From the NCBI GenBank assembly GCA_002633005.1, contig NMRA01000386.1, positions 324,032-388,031 of the forward strand: a stretch of 64,000 bases of DNA. The letters are read 5' to 3'. Source of the stretch: Phoronis australis. Lineage: Eukaryota; Animalia; Phoronida. Shown in pieces: positions 1 to 31,000 of the stretch. The number at the start of each line of letters is the position of its first letter. The stretch's first letter is position 1. Both the position numbers and the translations under genes were made by a program. The notes beneath the pieces are model-generated. The model ran no database searches. It was not told where the DNA came from and saw only the letters and a list, made by a program, of their open reading frames with translations.

Positions 1-453
1 AAATGTTTTGATTCCTTTTGGTTTCCAAGCAGTGCATAGTTAATTCAATAATTATGTTCACTCTTTGCCCAATATCAGCTGTCAGGTCAGAGTGCACACA
101 ATTCGGAACTCTCTAAACACTGGAGAACATTTAGCAGTACCATTCTTTAAAGGCTACTTATTGATGATATGAAACTGGTCTCAATTTATTTGATATTCAC
201 ATTACAAGTGTAGTGCGAAAAGTATGTTGCTGCTGGAAAGTCTATCCTCGACACAAAATTCAGCTGCACTCATTATGAAGAAATGAACTTAGTAAAACAA
301 TTAGTAATTGACCTTCCTTCGATCATGTAAAAAGCACAACTTACCATAAAAATAATATAAACTTCAAGCAAAATGTTAATGGTTGCCTACCTATCTCAGT
401 CAGGACAAAATCAAAAACATTCAATGTTTAACATTCAACTTTGTGTCAAGTAG

Positions 454-463
454 AGAAGGATAC
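454..463 (-). promoter_or_regulatory. U12-type (minor spliceosome) 5' splice site of the last observed CHD1L intron
   Basis: The minus strand reads ...ACATCCAT|GTATCCTTCT, matching the U12 donor consensus RTATCCTT, directly after the RGIATS exon. Confidence 0.85.
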
Positions 464-19147
<18,684 letters not shown>

Positions 19148-19340
19148 TCTGCAATGAACTGTGTCAGTTCATGTCATTTATTTATCACTGACAGAATCAC
19201 TCAACAAGTTCAATCATGTTCCCCGCCTCTGGAATTAACGTCAGCAGTGACATCTCGTGGCCTTTAAAAATGCTTCCGGTTTCAAATCTCGCGTCCTTAG
19301 CGTGAATTCCTCCTCAGCCGACAAAGCTGCAAGCAGGTGA
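19148..19340. promoter_or_regulatory. Candidate bidirectional promoter for CHD1L/DHX9 and candidate non-coding first exon of DHX9
   Basis: Directly upstream of the CHD1L ATG: GC box CCCCGCC (~19220), half-CRE ACGTCA (~19238), ETS-like CTTCCGG (~19273), TCTCGCG, then a plus-strand donor CAG|GTGATT at 19336. The DHX9 ATG exon has an acceptor 6 nt upstream of the ATG, so a 5' UTR exon is expected. Confidence 0.45.
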
Positions 19341-22063
19341 TTTGTTTTATATTTGATCGCTGTCAGACGCGAACGTTGAAAATTTAAAATCTGAAACACA
19401 CGTGCCTCAATAAGTTTCCTATAGTGGAAAGTTTTATCCGCATATCCCTAGTCTGTCCACGCTGTTAAAAAATCGTCAACATCCGGTCACCGGCGACTGG
19501 CCCAGGGCCAGGGGTCAGGCATGGGCATGGGACTCTTTTTGCCTTGCCCTTGAATTATTTCGATCTGTCAGAACATAGATTAGTTCTGTTATTCACCTTA
19601 TAAGTAAAGAGGGAAGGCATATCCGACCAGTCCCTCAATAACTGTTTACACTTGCGACATAGGCGGATTTAGGGGGGGGGGCCCAGGGCCCCCCTTGGCT
19701 TCTTCCAAAAAATAAAACAGGAAGACCGCAAGAGTGTGAGGAAATATTGAGTTTGCTAATTGACCCTGGTAATGACGATTTGGCCGAAACAAGGCTTAGG
19801 TCAGGAAGGGTGTCCCCCTGTTTTTTATCCGTGCAGTTGCATTTCAGCAACATGTCGTGAACACATCCACTACCACAAGAAACTGTAGGAACACTGCATT
19901 TATCCACCTTTACTCTTATCAGGATTCTATTGTGAGTCAGCATGTGTGAATAATTGGCTGATAAGTCACCTCTGGAGAGCTCTACTTTTGGCTGAATGGA
20001 TGACCACAAGCCATAAAATGGTAGCCAAGACCAGTTAACTAATGCAACAAAGAATAATGTCGTAGCAACACCTAGCCTTGGTGGAAAGCTGTATACTGTA
20101 TTGGCTCTAATAAACGCTTAGAAAAATTCATTTCGGGGGGGAGGGGACGCTTATTGTAGCCTACGGCAGTTGAAACCCGGTTTCTCAAACGGGTGAAATC
20201 GGAAGCTAGGATTCATCAAATTTACGCTCTGTGAAGTATTTGTAGCCTATGACAGCTAGTCTTTCTACAAAATTGTGGTGCATTGCTATCAAATTCCGTT
20301 GTTAAATTACGATAATTTTTCAAAAAGTTGTGCTCATCACAGGGCAAAAACTTGCCGACTGATGCGTCGCTGAATCGCGATCGTCAATTGGAAAACTTGA
20401 AATCTTGAATAAAAATATAGTTTCGTCTCAACAAATTACCTGAAATCTTCCTTATGTTTTTTAATTTTTAAAGTTCATGTGGAGTCCAGATTAATTGCGA
20501 TTAAGTCCAAATCTGCGCTACATCTTACCCCACAAAACGAGAAAAATCTCTAGATGAACACACATGTTGTTGTCACGTGACGTTTGTTTTGAAGTTCATC
20601 TGCGTATGAGAGTGAGTGAGCGTGCGTGTGTGGGTCATCGACGACAGACTTTTTTGTTACAAAAGACGGAGGATTATGCAAAAAAATGGCGTTTGCTAGA
20701 TTGTTTTTCACTTAAACGGTTGCAACGTACAAGGTTAGTGCTGGTTAACTCACAGATTTTGTGTGCACAGGGCGACGGTCGTTAGCTCTACCGTGGAGTA
20801 TTAATAGTCCAAGGTTCGATCTACATGTTGGTGACGAGGTGAACTACCCGGGCTGTGTGAAATTTCTAGGTCTAACGTAGACACTGACGCAGTGGTCAGC
20901 CAGCTCGCTGTATCAAGACTATAGTCAAAATCCAAATTCGCTTTATCGTGTCCCTGTCAATAATAACGGCATGCTAAAGTTTCTTAATTTTCGTACTTCA
21001 GGAACATAATAATCACGTACGTGTTTTGTACACATACGCGCACGCCGCAGATCACATCTCGGAAATTTTCGATTTGACGGATGACAATGAATGACCACAA
21101 TGAAATTAAACAACGTCGTTTTACATCTTGTAAAATTCATAATAAACGTATCTTGAATATTGCAATGAATGTGTTCCAAAATCTAAATAACTTGGGTCCT
21201 ATATTTTTATATTCGTGCGTGCCGAATGAAAATAATCGTGAGTGTTGCTGTGTTGCAAAACCTCTTATCCTGGGCCAATTTGAAAAATTCAAAGTTGTAC
21301 TCATATTTGTTTTCGCTCTTCTTTTCAAATATTACAGTAAAAACTACGTAAAACTCTCTCCATAAAAAGTACAGTCTGCTAGGCTAGATTGTAATCAGCT
21401 GATCATCGTGTCACGTGCACGCGCCATTTCCTAAATTTTTGTGACAACTTCGAAGAAACCAAATTTGTTCTAAAATTCGTTTTTTCAGTATCGAAATTCT
21501 AAAAAATTGAAATGAAGTGAAACCAGTTCCAAATTTCAAACGTAGTAGTCCGTAGATCGGAACCAATTATGCTGTGTTGTTTGGACTTGACTTAAAACAA
21601 ACAGATTTTGTACTTCTATTTCAAAACCCACAAAACCAGGATCTTTTTGCCCCCTACCTTGTGCTTTAAATTCAGACCTTGTAGTGTTACATCTTTTGTG
21701 AATGCTTGAATTGGTTTAGTATGTTATTTGGTGCGCTTTGTATATTACCCAACAAGTATCAGTAGTCACAGTGCTATTGGAGACTGCTGTGTTGTGTTTG
21801 ATTGCATGCCATCCACTAGTGAAATGGCAGTGCGCATTTTTTCCACTTCTTTGGGCAAATTGGATGTCACAGACCATAACAGTGCAGATTACAGTAATTG
21901 TCCTGTCCTGTTTCTATTCCATGATGAGTACACCATTACCTTGATCACACTGTGAGCAGCATACATTGTTGTATGTTTCTGACTGTGATGTTACAGTTTC
22001 TAGGCTTCATGCATGATTCTCAAACTGCCATACTTGAAACTTAACTTATACTTGCAGTGTGCC

Positions 22064-25000
22064 ATGGCTGATGTCAAGTCATTTCTCTATGCTTGGTTGG
22101 GGAAGCAGAAAAAGACCCCGCAGTATGAAACCAAACCATCGGGCCCCAAACACAAACAGAGGTTCATGTGCGAGGTAAGATTGTGTCTTTGCTGTTATTT
22201 TCCTGTTTACTGCAGTCGTGGTTCACTCTTGTCATCGGAAACCCTGGAAATGAGTCTTAAATGACTCGTAAGGAAACTCATGGAAAGTGAAAAAGAGCGT
22301 TGAACTGTTACGACTGTGCCATTAAAATTATTCCTTTAGTGCAGTGTATTAGCGTGTAGTGGCACCGAAAACTTCTGTTGTGTGGGGGAACAATGAGTCG
22401 TGGCTGAGTGCTGTTCAAAACTTTAAATCGTAGGGATAAAGAAAATATGAGGAATGGAACCAGTAGTCATTCTAAACTTCTGTTATTGACTAGTAAATTC
22501 TTTGTAATTAAAACGTCATTAAGTATATGCCTTGATAATATACCAATAGAGTTTTTGAACTATTCACTCATGATTTAGAGTCTCCTGAGTTATTGCCTGA
22601 ATATTAAACAATCAACAGAGGGCACTTATTTGCTTTTCCAGATCAGAGTGGATGGTATCCCCTACGTGGGTGTGGGTAATTCAACCAATAAGAAGGATGC
22701 TGGAACGAATGCAGCTCGGGACTTCTGTTCACATTTGGTGCGCACTGGCATGATGAACTCCGCCGAGGTGCCTAGCCTGAATGCGGTAGGTGTCAGCAAT
22801 CAGGGCGTATGCCCTGCTCCAGTGATGCACTGAAATTCCAGGTTGCGTATTGTGATGTCTAAGTATTACATAAGTCTCACCTGTATTATTGACTAGGAAG
22901 TTGATCCATTCTAGGCCTGTATTTTTGAAATGAACCCTCAGTATGGAATTGATTCGGAAGCTACATTAATCTTTGTCTTAATATTCACTAGGTGGTGCTA
23001 ATGAATGAAGGCTGCTGTTTTTAACACAAGAATAGACTGAGAGCCGAAAACAGTTGATCAGCATAGGCTGGGCTAATGGTCCAATGTAATTACAATACGT
23101 GATCGTATGAATTTCTGTAGGTCGGACTGTTATTGCACTGGTGCCACCTACTGAGTTAGTCGCCCATGCTTCGGAAGCTCGTGATTTCTTATTTTGTGTC
23201 GTTGTCAAACAGTAGATAATTTTGATTTGCACCATAGGTCCAGCCATCAGAGTTGACATCGGGAGCGGTAGGAGAGAGTGCTTTGCCCGGCGGGTTGGCC
23301 ATGCCTCACGAGAAATTGGGACTGAATGTTGGTGAGTTCTGGGCTCTGCCATTCTCGAATCTTTGTCTACACACTGCAGGTGTGTTGTTAAGTATTTCTG
23401 ATCACAGTGCTATGGATGGTCACATGATGTTTATGCACCTCGGTGCTTGTCTTACATAGTTATCTTATTTTATGATTTAATTGTATTATTGTGTACGTAT
23501 GCTATTTTCCTTGAATTGTATTTTTCTCTGGGCCCTCCTGGATGCCAGTGCTGTGTTCTGTAGAATCAATTCATTAGCCATGCATTTAGTGCTGTGTTTC
23601 GTAGAGTCAACTCATAGCCATGCAGTTGCGTTGCGAAATGTTTGCTTATAGAAAAGAAACATTAAATTCTGCACAGTAATTCATGAATTGTATTCCATAT
23701 TCCAACATTCCAACCTCACCATCCACCAATCTCTTCAAGTAATTTGGCGAAAATGGGTTTTTAATGTACATCTTCAGTGACGTCAGTTTTGCTCCAATAG
23801 ATATCGCACTATTGACATGTTAGTGACTGGATACGTTAGTTGTGAAGTGTTATTATATGTCGTGTTATCTTTGAAAACGGTTGTCTGATAATATGCTGGC
23901 TGTTACAGGTGATGGTGATAGTGGATCAGGGTTCAATGATGGACCAGGATTCAACACTGGAACGCCCTCTGATGGCCCATATCAAAGACACGACATGCCT
24001 CACATGACATTTGAAGAGAGAATTGCTGAAAAACGTAAACTCGAGGAGGTAAGTGGTTAGGGGAAGGGTGCTGTCGTCTCCTCAGGGATTAATTTTTCAA
24101 TAAATTCAAATTTTAATCCTGGACCAAAATATTTAATTCTGATTATATGTTAAGACCTTTTTGTCAATATGCAATTGGTATGCAAATCAACTGTAAACCA
24201 TGTATGTAACATAATTGTATTTTAGTCATCAAAACTGTTGTCTTGCTTATTTCACATCTTTCATTGCAAAGAATATGTCAAAACTGTTTTCTTTTGTTAG
24301 AAATCTCTGTTCACATAGTAGATGTCTATCATCTAGTGTTGCTTTCTAGTCTGAGGAGGTAGATTTCACTGCCAATATCCATGGCAACTGGACGATGGAG
24401 AACGCCAAGAGTCGTCTGCACCAATACATGCAGATGAATCGGATACAGACAGATTACAAGTACTCTATGGTTGGACCGGACCACAACAGGTAGATAGTCT
24501 GACTTACACTACATATGTCATGTGAAAAGACTGTTAAAACAGCCTGTGTTACTACTGGTATCAGGAAATACTATACATACCAAATTTGTTGGACAAAATT
24601 GCTGTTTTCCTGTTATGATGGCTTATTGCGCTTACACTGGATGTGGCTGTCAGTGTGTCACCACCGTGGTAGAACCCTAATTGTATTGTTGCGTTTCTAC
24701 AATACTTTCGTGGAATTTGTCTGCTGTTCCTGTCCTGATGGGCAGTNATTCGGAAGCTACATTAATCTTTGACTTAATATTCACTAGGTGGTGCTAATGA
24801 ATGAAGGCTGCTGTTTTTAACACCAGAATAGACTGAGAGCCAAAAACAATTGATCAGCATAGGCTGGGCTAACGGTCCCATGTGATTATGTGATCGCATG
24901 AATTTCTGTGGGTCGGACCATTGTTGCACTGGCGCCACCTACTGAGTTAGTCGCCCATTCTTCGGAAGCTCGTGATTTCTTATTTTGTGTCGTTGTCAAA

Positions 25001-28000
25001 CAGTAGATAATTTTGATTTGCACCATAGGTCCAGCCATCAGAGTTGACATCAGGAGCGGTAGGAGAGAGTGCTTTGCCCGGCGGGTTAGCCATGCCTCAC
25101 GAGAAACTGGGACTGAATGTTGGTGAGTTCTGGGCTCTGTCATTCTCGAATCTTTGTCTACACACTGCAAGTGTGTTGTTAAGTATTTCTGATCACAGTG
25201 CTGTGTGGATGGTCACATGGTGTTTATGTACCTCGGTGCTTGTCTTGAATCGTTATCTTATTTTATTATTTAATTGTATAATTGTGTACATATGTTGTTT
25301 TTGTTGAATTGTATTTTTCTATGGGCCCTCCTGTATGCCAGTGCTGTGTTCTGTAGAATCCATTCATTAGCCTTGCAACCAGTGCTGTGTTCCTTAAAAT
25401 CAATTCATTAGCCATGCATTTATTGCAGCCGTGTTTCATAGAGTCAACTCATAGCCATGCAGTTGCGTTGTGAAATCTTTGCTTATAGAAAAAAAACATT
25501 AAATTCTGCACAGTAATTCATGAATTGTATTCCATATTCCAACATTCCAACCTCACCATCCACCAATCTCTTCAAGTAATTTGGCGAAAATGGGTTTTTA
25601 ATGTACATCTTCAGTGACGTCAGTTTTGCTCCAATAGATATCACACTATTGACATGTTAGTGACTGGATAGTTAGTTGTGAAGTGTTATTATATGTTGTG
25701 TTATCTTTGAAAAGGATTGTCTGACAATATGCTGGTTGTTACAGGTGATGGTGATAGTGGATCAGGGTTCAATGATGGACCAGGATTCAACACTGGAACG
25801 CCCTCTGATGGCCCATATCAAAGACACGACATGCCTCACATGACATTTGAAGAGAGAATTGCTGAAAAACGCAAACTCGAGGAGGTAAGTGGCTAGGGGA
25901 GGGGTACTGTCGTCTCCTCAGGGATTAATTTTTCAATAAATTCAAATTTAATCCTGGACCAAAATATTAAATTCTGATTATATGTTAAGACCTTTTTGTC
26001 AATATGCAATTGGTATGCAAATCAACTGTAAACCATGTATGTAACATATATTGTATTTTAGTCATCAAAACTGTTGTCTTGCTTATTTCACGTCTTTCAT
26101 TGCAAAGAATATGTCAAAATTGTTTTCTTTTGTTAGAAATCTCTGTTCACATAGTAGATGTCTATCATCTAGTGTTGCTTTCTAGTCTGAGGAGGTAGAT
26201 TTCACTGCCAATATCCATGGCAACTGGACGATGGAGAACGCCAAGAGTCGTCTGCACCAATACATGCAGATGAACCGGATACAGACAGACTACAAGTACT
26301 CTATGGTTGGACCGGACCACAACAGGTAGATACTTACACATATGAAAAGGCTGTTAAAACAGCCTGTGTTACTACTGGTATCAGGAAATACTGTACACGC
26401 CAAATTTGTTGGACAAAACTGCTGTTTTCCTGTTATGATGGCTTATTGCGCTTACACTGGATGTGGCTGTCAGTGTGTCGTCACCGTGTTAGATACCTAA
26501 TTGTATTGTTGCGTTTCCACAATACTTTCGTGGAATTTGTCTGCTGTTCCTGTCCTGATGGACAGTTTCCATGACAATGAGTTCTGCTTGCGGCCATTCG
26601 CCATGTTCTGGAATTCTGGGTTATTTCGTCTGATATTTTTGTCATGTAGTGTGGGTTCCTCTAGATGTTGCATAACAAGTGCTGAGAAAATTTTTGTTTT
26701 ATATCAAAGGGAGAAATGGAGTAAAAACTATTTTAGAATTTCTTGATTTAATGAGTGCAGTATGCAATTAACCACGTTATTGTGACCACTAGGTGTAGCT
26801 ATGGTCAGCAGGTGATTATGTCATTTACCGACCCAATGGCAACTCAAGCAATAAAAAGATTTTCTTAGCTAACTTTTGTCCTTACTTCTCTCTTAGATTG
26901 AATTTAATGTTTGCAATTTACTTTCTTCTAATTGTTCTTACTGTTCCAAGCGAAGAAAGTTTTGTTACTCTCTAATTGGATTCCCACATGATAGCAATTG
27001 TTGAGGTTAGCTGCAATGTTCTGTTGGTACGCTTTAATGTTGATATGTTGGTTAATGAATACTGTGGTAGTATAATGTTTTAGAGTGAGAAATAACTGCA
27101 GCATTATACAATCCTAGTGTGTGGAGGGTTGTTGTAAGAAGTACCATCAAAGGCCCTTAGGGGGTGCTCAAATTGAATGTGGTCTCAGACTGATATTAAC
27201 ATGAATATGATAATCAGGTCATGACCTCTTTTGACCTGCTTAATGTGGTGATGGTGCAGATCATAAGAGGTCGTGTTGGATGCTTTTACCCACGGCAAGC
27301 AGTTCACATAAGACAGGTGTGGTTTGAAAGTCTTTGTGTGTTATGTGGAATCCATTTGTACCCGGGGGACAATACACTCGCGTTTGGTAGCGAGTTTTAT
27401 TGTGGAGAATTCTAACATGTGATTTTAACGATTTCCCATAATGCAACTGGCTCTGAGTTGTTTCTTGCGAGAGTCGGAAGCAGTTTTTGAGTTTGAGAAG
27501 AACTATTTGTTATTGCTTGAGACTCAAATTGATTACATACACAAGATTGTGGTTTTTGTTTTTGATGAATTTTGTCTGAAAAAAGGATATTTCTCATTTT
27601 CAAGTGACAATAAAATAAGTAGTACATAGACCTTATATTTAAATGATTGTGTTTTATGTTGCAAAAAGCTATAATGAAAGATAAGGACAAGTTACATAAT
27701 GTTGTCCTGGAAATATGAAATAACATACCACTCAAGAACATTTTAGATCCAAACCAGTGGTTTTGGGGTTTTGAAGCTTTGCTGTTCTGTTGGATACCTG
27801 TTTTCTGAGAACGCAAGAGTTTTCTGTAGAGATTTCCAGCTTAGAGGTGAAACCTTGACCATGCGTTGTTCTGCACTGCTAATGAGGCTTTGCTGTGGAT
27901 TTAATCTGATGGTGTTTGTATTCTGGCCCATGTTCTAGTTTGTGGGAACGAGGGTTAGAATATCAAACCTACTGTTTGTGCCTTTTTAATAGAAGACTGA

Positions 28001-31000
28001 TAAGTTTTATTACCTGGAACTTCTGAAAGTCCATAACCTAATTTAAAAAATGTAAATGTGGCCGACTGGTTTGATTTCTGCCTGAAATAAATATTTTAAA
28101 GGATTTCTACAATTTCTCAAAGTGAACTGTGTAATGCTCAAACGAGGTTTTGTTAGAGAGAGCTTGAAAATTTCTATCTTTGTGTATGGAGCATGGAATG
28201 TGTTTGGCACAGAAATGTCTTCAACTTTGTTCTCCCATCTTCGGGTGTACCCCTAAGCAGAGCCTCGTTATCAGACCAGTAAAGAACCAGCCGACTGATG
28301 TTCAAACAGACCACAGTCGGTTGTCACAAAGTTGCCTTTACAGTGTTTGGTGTAAAGCACATTTGTGACTCCGTCTTGGCTGTGCCTGAAAGCGTTCACC
28401 ACTTCCTGATGTATGGTTTCGTCATACAAGTGGGGAAGTGGGCGTGTGTGCACTCGAAAGGCTGGTTCTTAACTGATCTGACATTTCTTTTTGCAAGGTC
28501 AAGGTTTCTTGTTTAAGGTCATTGCCATGGTGATGTTGCTGCTCCTGGTGACAGGTATGGAATGTGCTTTGACATTTATATGTACCCACATTATATGTGG
28601 GTACATATTGGGGTCATTTCTTTCTGGGTGTCCTGTGTCTGGTATGCCCTTTAGTGGCTATTCGATTTGTTTAAAGTTAGTCTCTGAATCAACCTAGTAC
28701 CTTGAGGGATTTTTAAAAATTTGACAAACCTGTCGTTTTCGATATGATGACGCTACATTTGCAATTTCGAATGGATTTGACAAAGTCTGACCAGCTACTG
28801 AATGTTTTTATTATTTTTTAAGTCTGCTTTTGGTGTCTGTCTCTGTTGGAGAATCTTCTCAAAAGTTGGCAAATGTTCTCATATTGAATAGAATTTCATA
28901 CGGCCAGTGCTAGTTTTCAGAAAAATCTATTGTTAGTGTCTTTTTGAGACAATTTTAGTCGTCTTTGCGTTTTCTTCAACAACTATCATATTCTTTGCTA
29001 AGTGTTTATGAAATTTGCGTGTTGTTGTATTGGAGATAGCTCTACTCTGATGGAATTTAGTACAGTTCCAATTACTGTGGCGCCCCTAAGTGGCCGTTTT
29101 TTGTTCTGCCCCAGTACCTACCAAGTTCTTGTGTGGATCATAGCTGGTGTCAATTTTTAGTCAGATCTCAGTACTGCAGTGCCCCCTTGTGGCAATTCGG
29201 GTTATCTTCGCATTTTTCCTCATATCTCTCAAAGCTCTATTTGGTTCATCATGAAATTTGACTTATGGCTTCTAATAGAAGTTGACATGTGGTGCCCCCT
29301 ATTAAGAAACTGTCACCACATCTACCTCAGTATCTACCAATTTTCTGATGTATCCTCGTGAACTTTGATGTACATGTTGATACAGAGGAGAGCACAACTG
29401 ATAATGGTTTTTGACTGGATCCAGTTGCTGTGGAAATATTTGACTGACGAAGACCCTTGCATTGGTAACGTTCACGATGCACACTGTAGGCACATATCAA
29501 CACTGTCTTGTTCAGTAAGGCTCAAGTGCTGTTATGGGGTTTTTTCATTGTAGGGAATCATACTGCAGCAAGACCTTGAATCTCTGATTACTCAGAATAT
29601 TTTTTTCAAGTGAAAATGCGGGCACTTTTGGAAGTCTCAAAATCTTTGACTGAGATGAACCAATTTTGAGGCCGCACTCCTGCCTTAGCTCAGTCATGGA
29701 AATGATGAAACTTTTTTTTAATTCTTATTTCAGAATTTGAGTTCTTTATTGTGACAAACACAAAATCAATCCAAATCAAGGCCCGCTACGGAAATTCATT
29801 CGTGTCCCAACGTAATAGCTACTGTGCAATCTCTTATTAATTGTCAAATGTGAGATTTGGATAAAACTACCCTCTGTTTTGTTAACCTTGGCCGTCTCAT
29901 CAATGGTTATTATTTATTGGTTCTTGGTTAATTGTTGATTAGTGTACATACTCACCATAGCAACGTGCTGGATAAGTCACTGTATATTGCTTACCTGTTT
30001 GTAGGAGCTTTATTGCTGAGATGTCCATCTTTGTGAAACAGTTGAAGAGAAGTGAGTTTATTATTCCATTGACACTTGACAGTCTCTTTTAATAGTTAGT
30101 TAACATTCACGTTGGTGGTGGAAGTGCATTAAATTTTCTTGCGACTTCTCTGATAATTAATTATTTTTGCCCTCTGTGTTCAGGCTGTTGTGTGGTACAT
30201 GGAAAAAGTTGTGATCTTGTTTAAAATGAATTGTGACATCTAACAGGGTCTTGATTATATCCAAAATTGGCTGACTTTGGAACTTCAATGAAATGGCTGA
30301 TTGGGTTCGAATGAAATTTTCAGATATTATGTGTTATGCCCTGTTCAGCTACATGCTTTTAGGAATTGTTTTAAAATGGGCTATGAAAATATGGGACTTG
30401 AATGATTTTGTTAAAGAAAATTAAATGCTACTTAAAACAGAGATGAGGTGATTTTTAGAAAGATTTTGTACCATTTTTGAGATTTCATTTTGAACATTAT
30501 ATCAAATAAAATTTGGTCATGTTTACATTTGTTTTGTCATGAATGAACCTGTCCTTTTTCCTAAGTTGTTCTAAAAAGATGTCACCCAATGAATGACTGG
30601 TTGGTAGAATTAAAAATTGATTGAACCGAAAATACAGTGTCACAAAAAAAGTTAATTTTTATAATTTCGTCTAGCTACTTGGCTAAATGCTTTGTATTCA
30701 TGGAATTTTTGGAATTTGGTTTTGGCTGCAAGAATTTAACTGTAGTCTGCAAGCAATAGTGTATTTCTTATCAGCAATTTTCTCTCAACTTCCAGACCTC
30801 ACGGGAAGAGAGCACGGCTCCAACAAACAGATGGCGTCAAAGTCATGCGCTCTGTCATTGGTCAGACAGCTGTACCACATGGGTGTCATTGAGCCATTCA
30901 CAGGAGAGAAGAAGAAAAAGGATACTGAGCAGGTGAGAAGTCTTGTTTATGATTAGATGGTGTAGCTCCACCCTCTGCCCATTTATGATGAGACAGTGTA

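Noticed and set aside
21921-21982. Possible C/D box snoRNA (ATGATGA...CTGA) in the DHX9 5' intron
   Set aside because: No terminal stem and no recognisable rRNA guide; such motifs arise by chance.
28290-28460. Hammerhead ribozyme (CTGATG.. and GAAA motifs within the structured region)
   Set aside because: The core reads CTGATGT rather than CTGANGA, and the helix topology does not fit.
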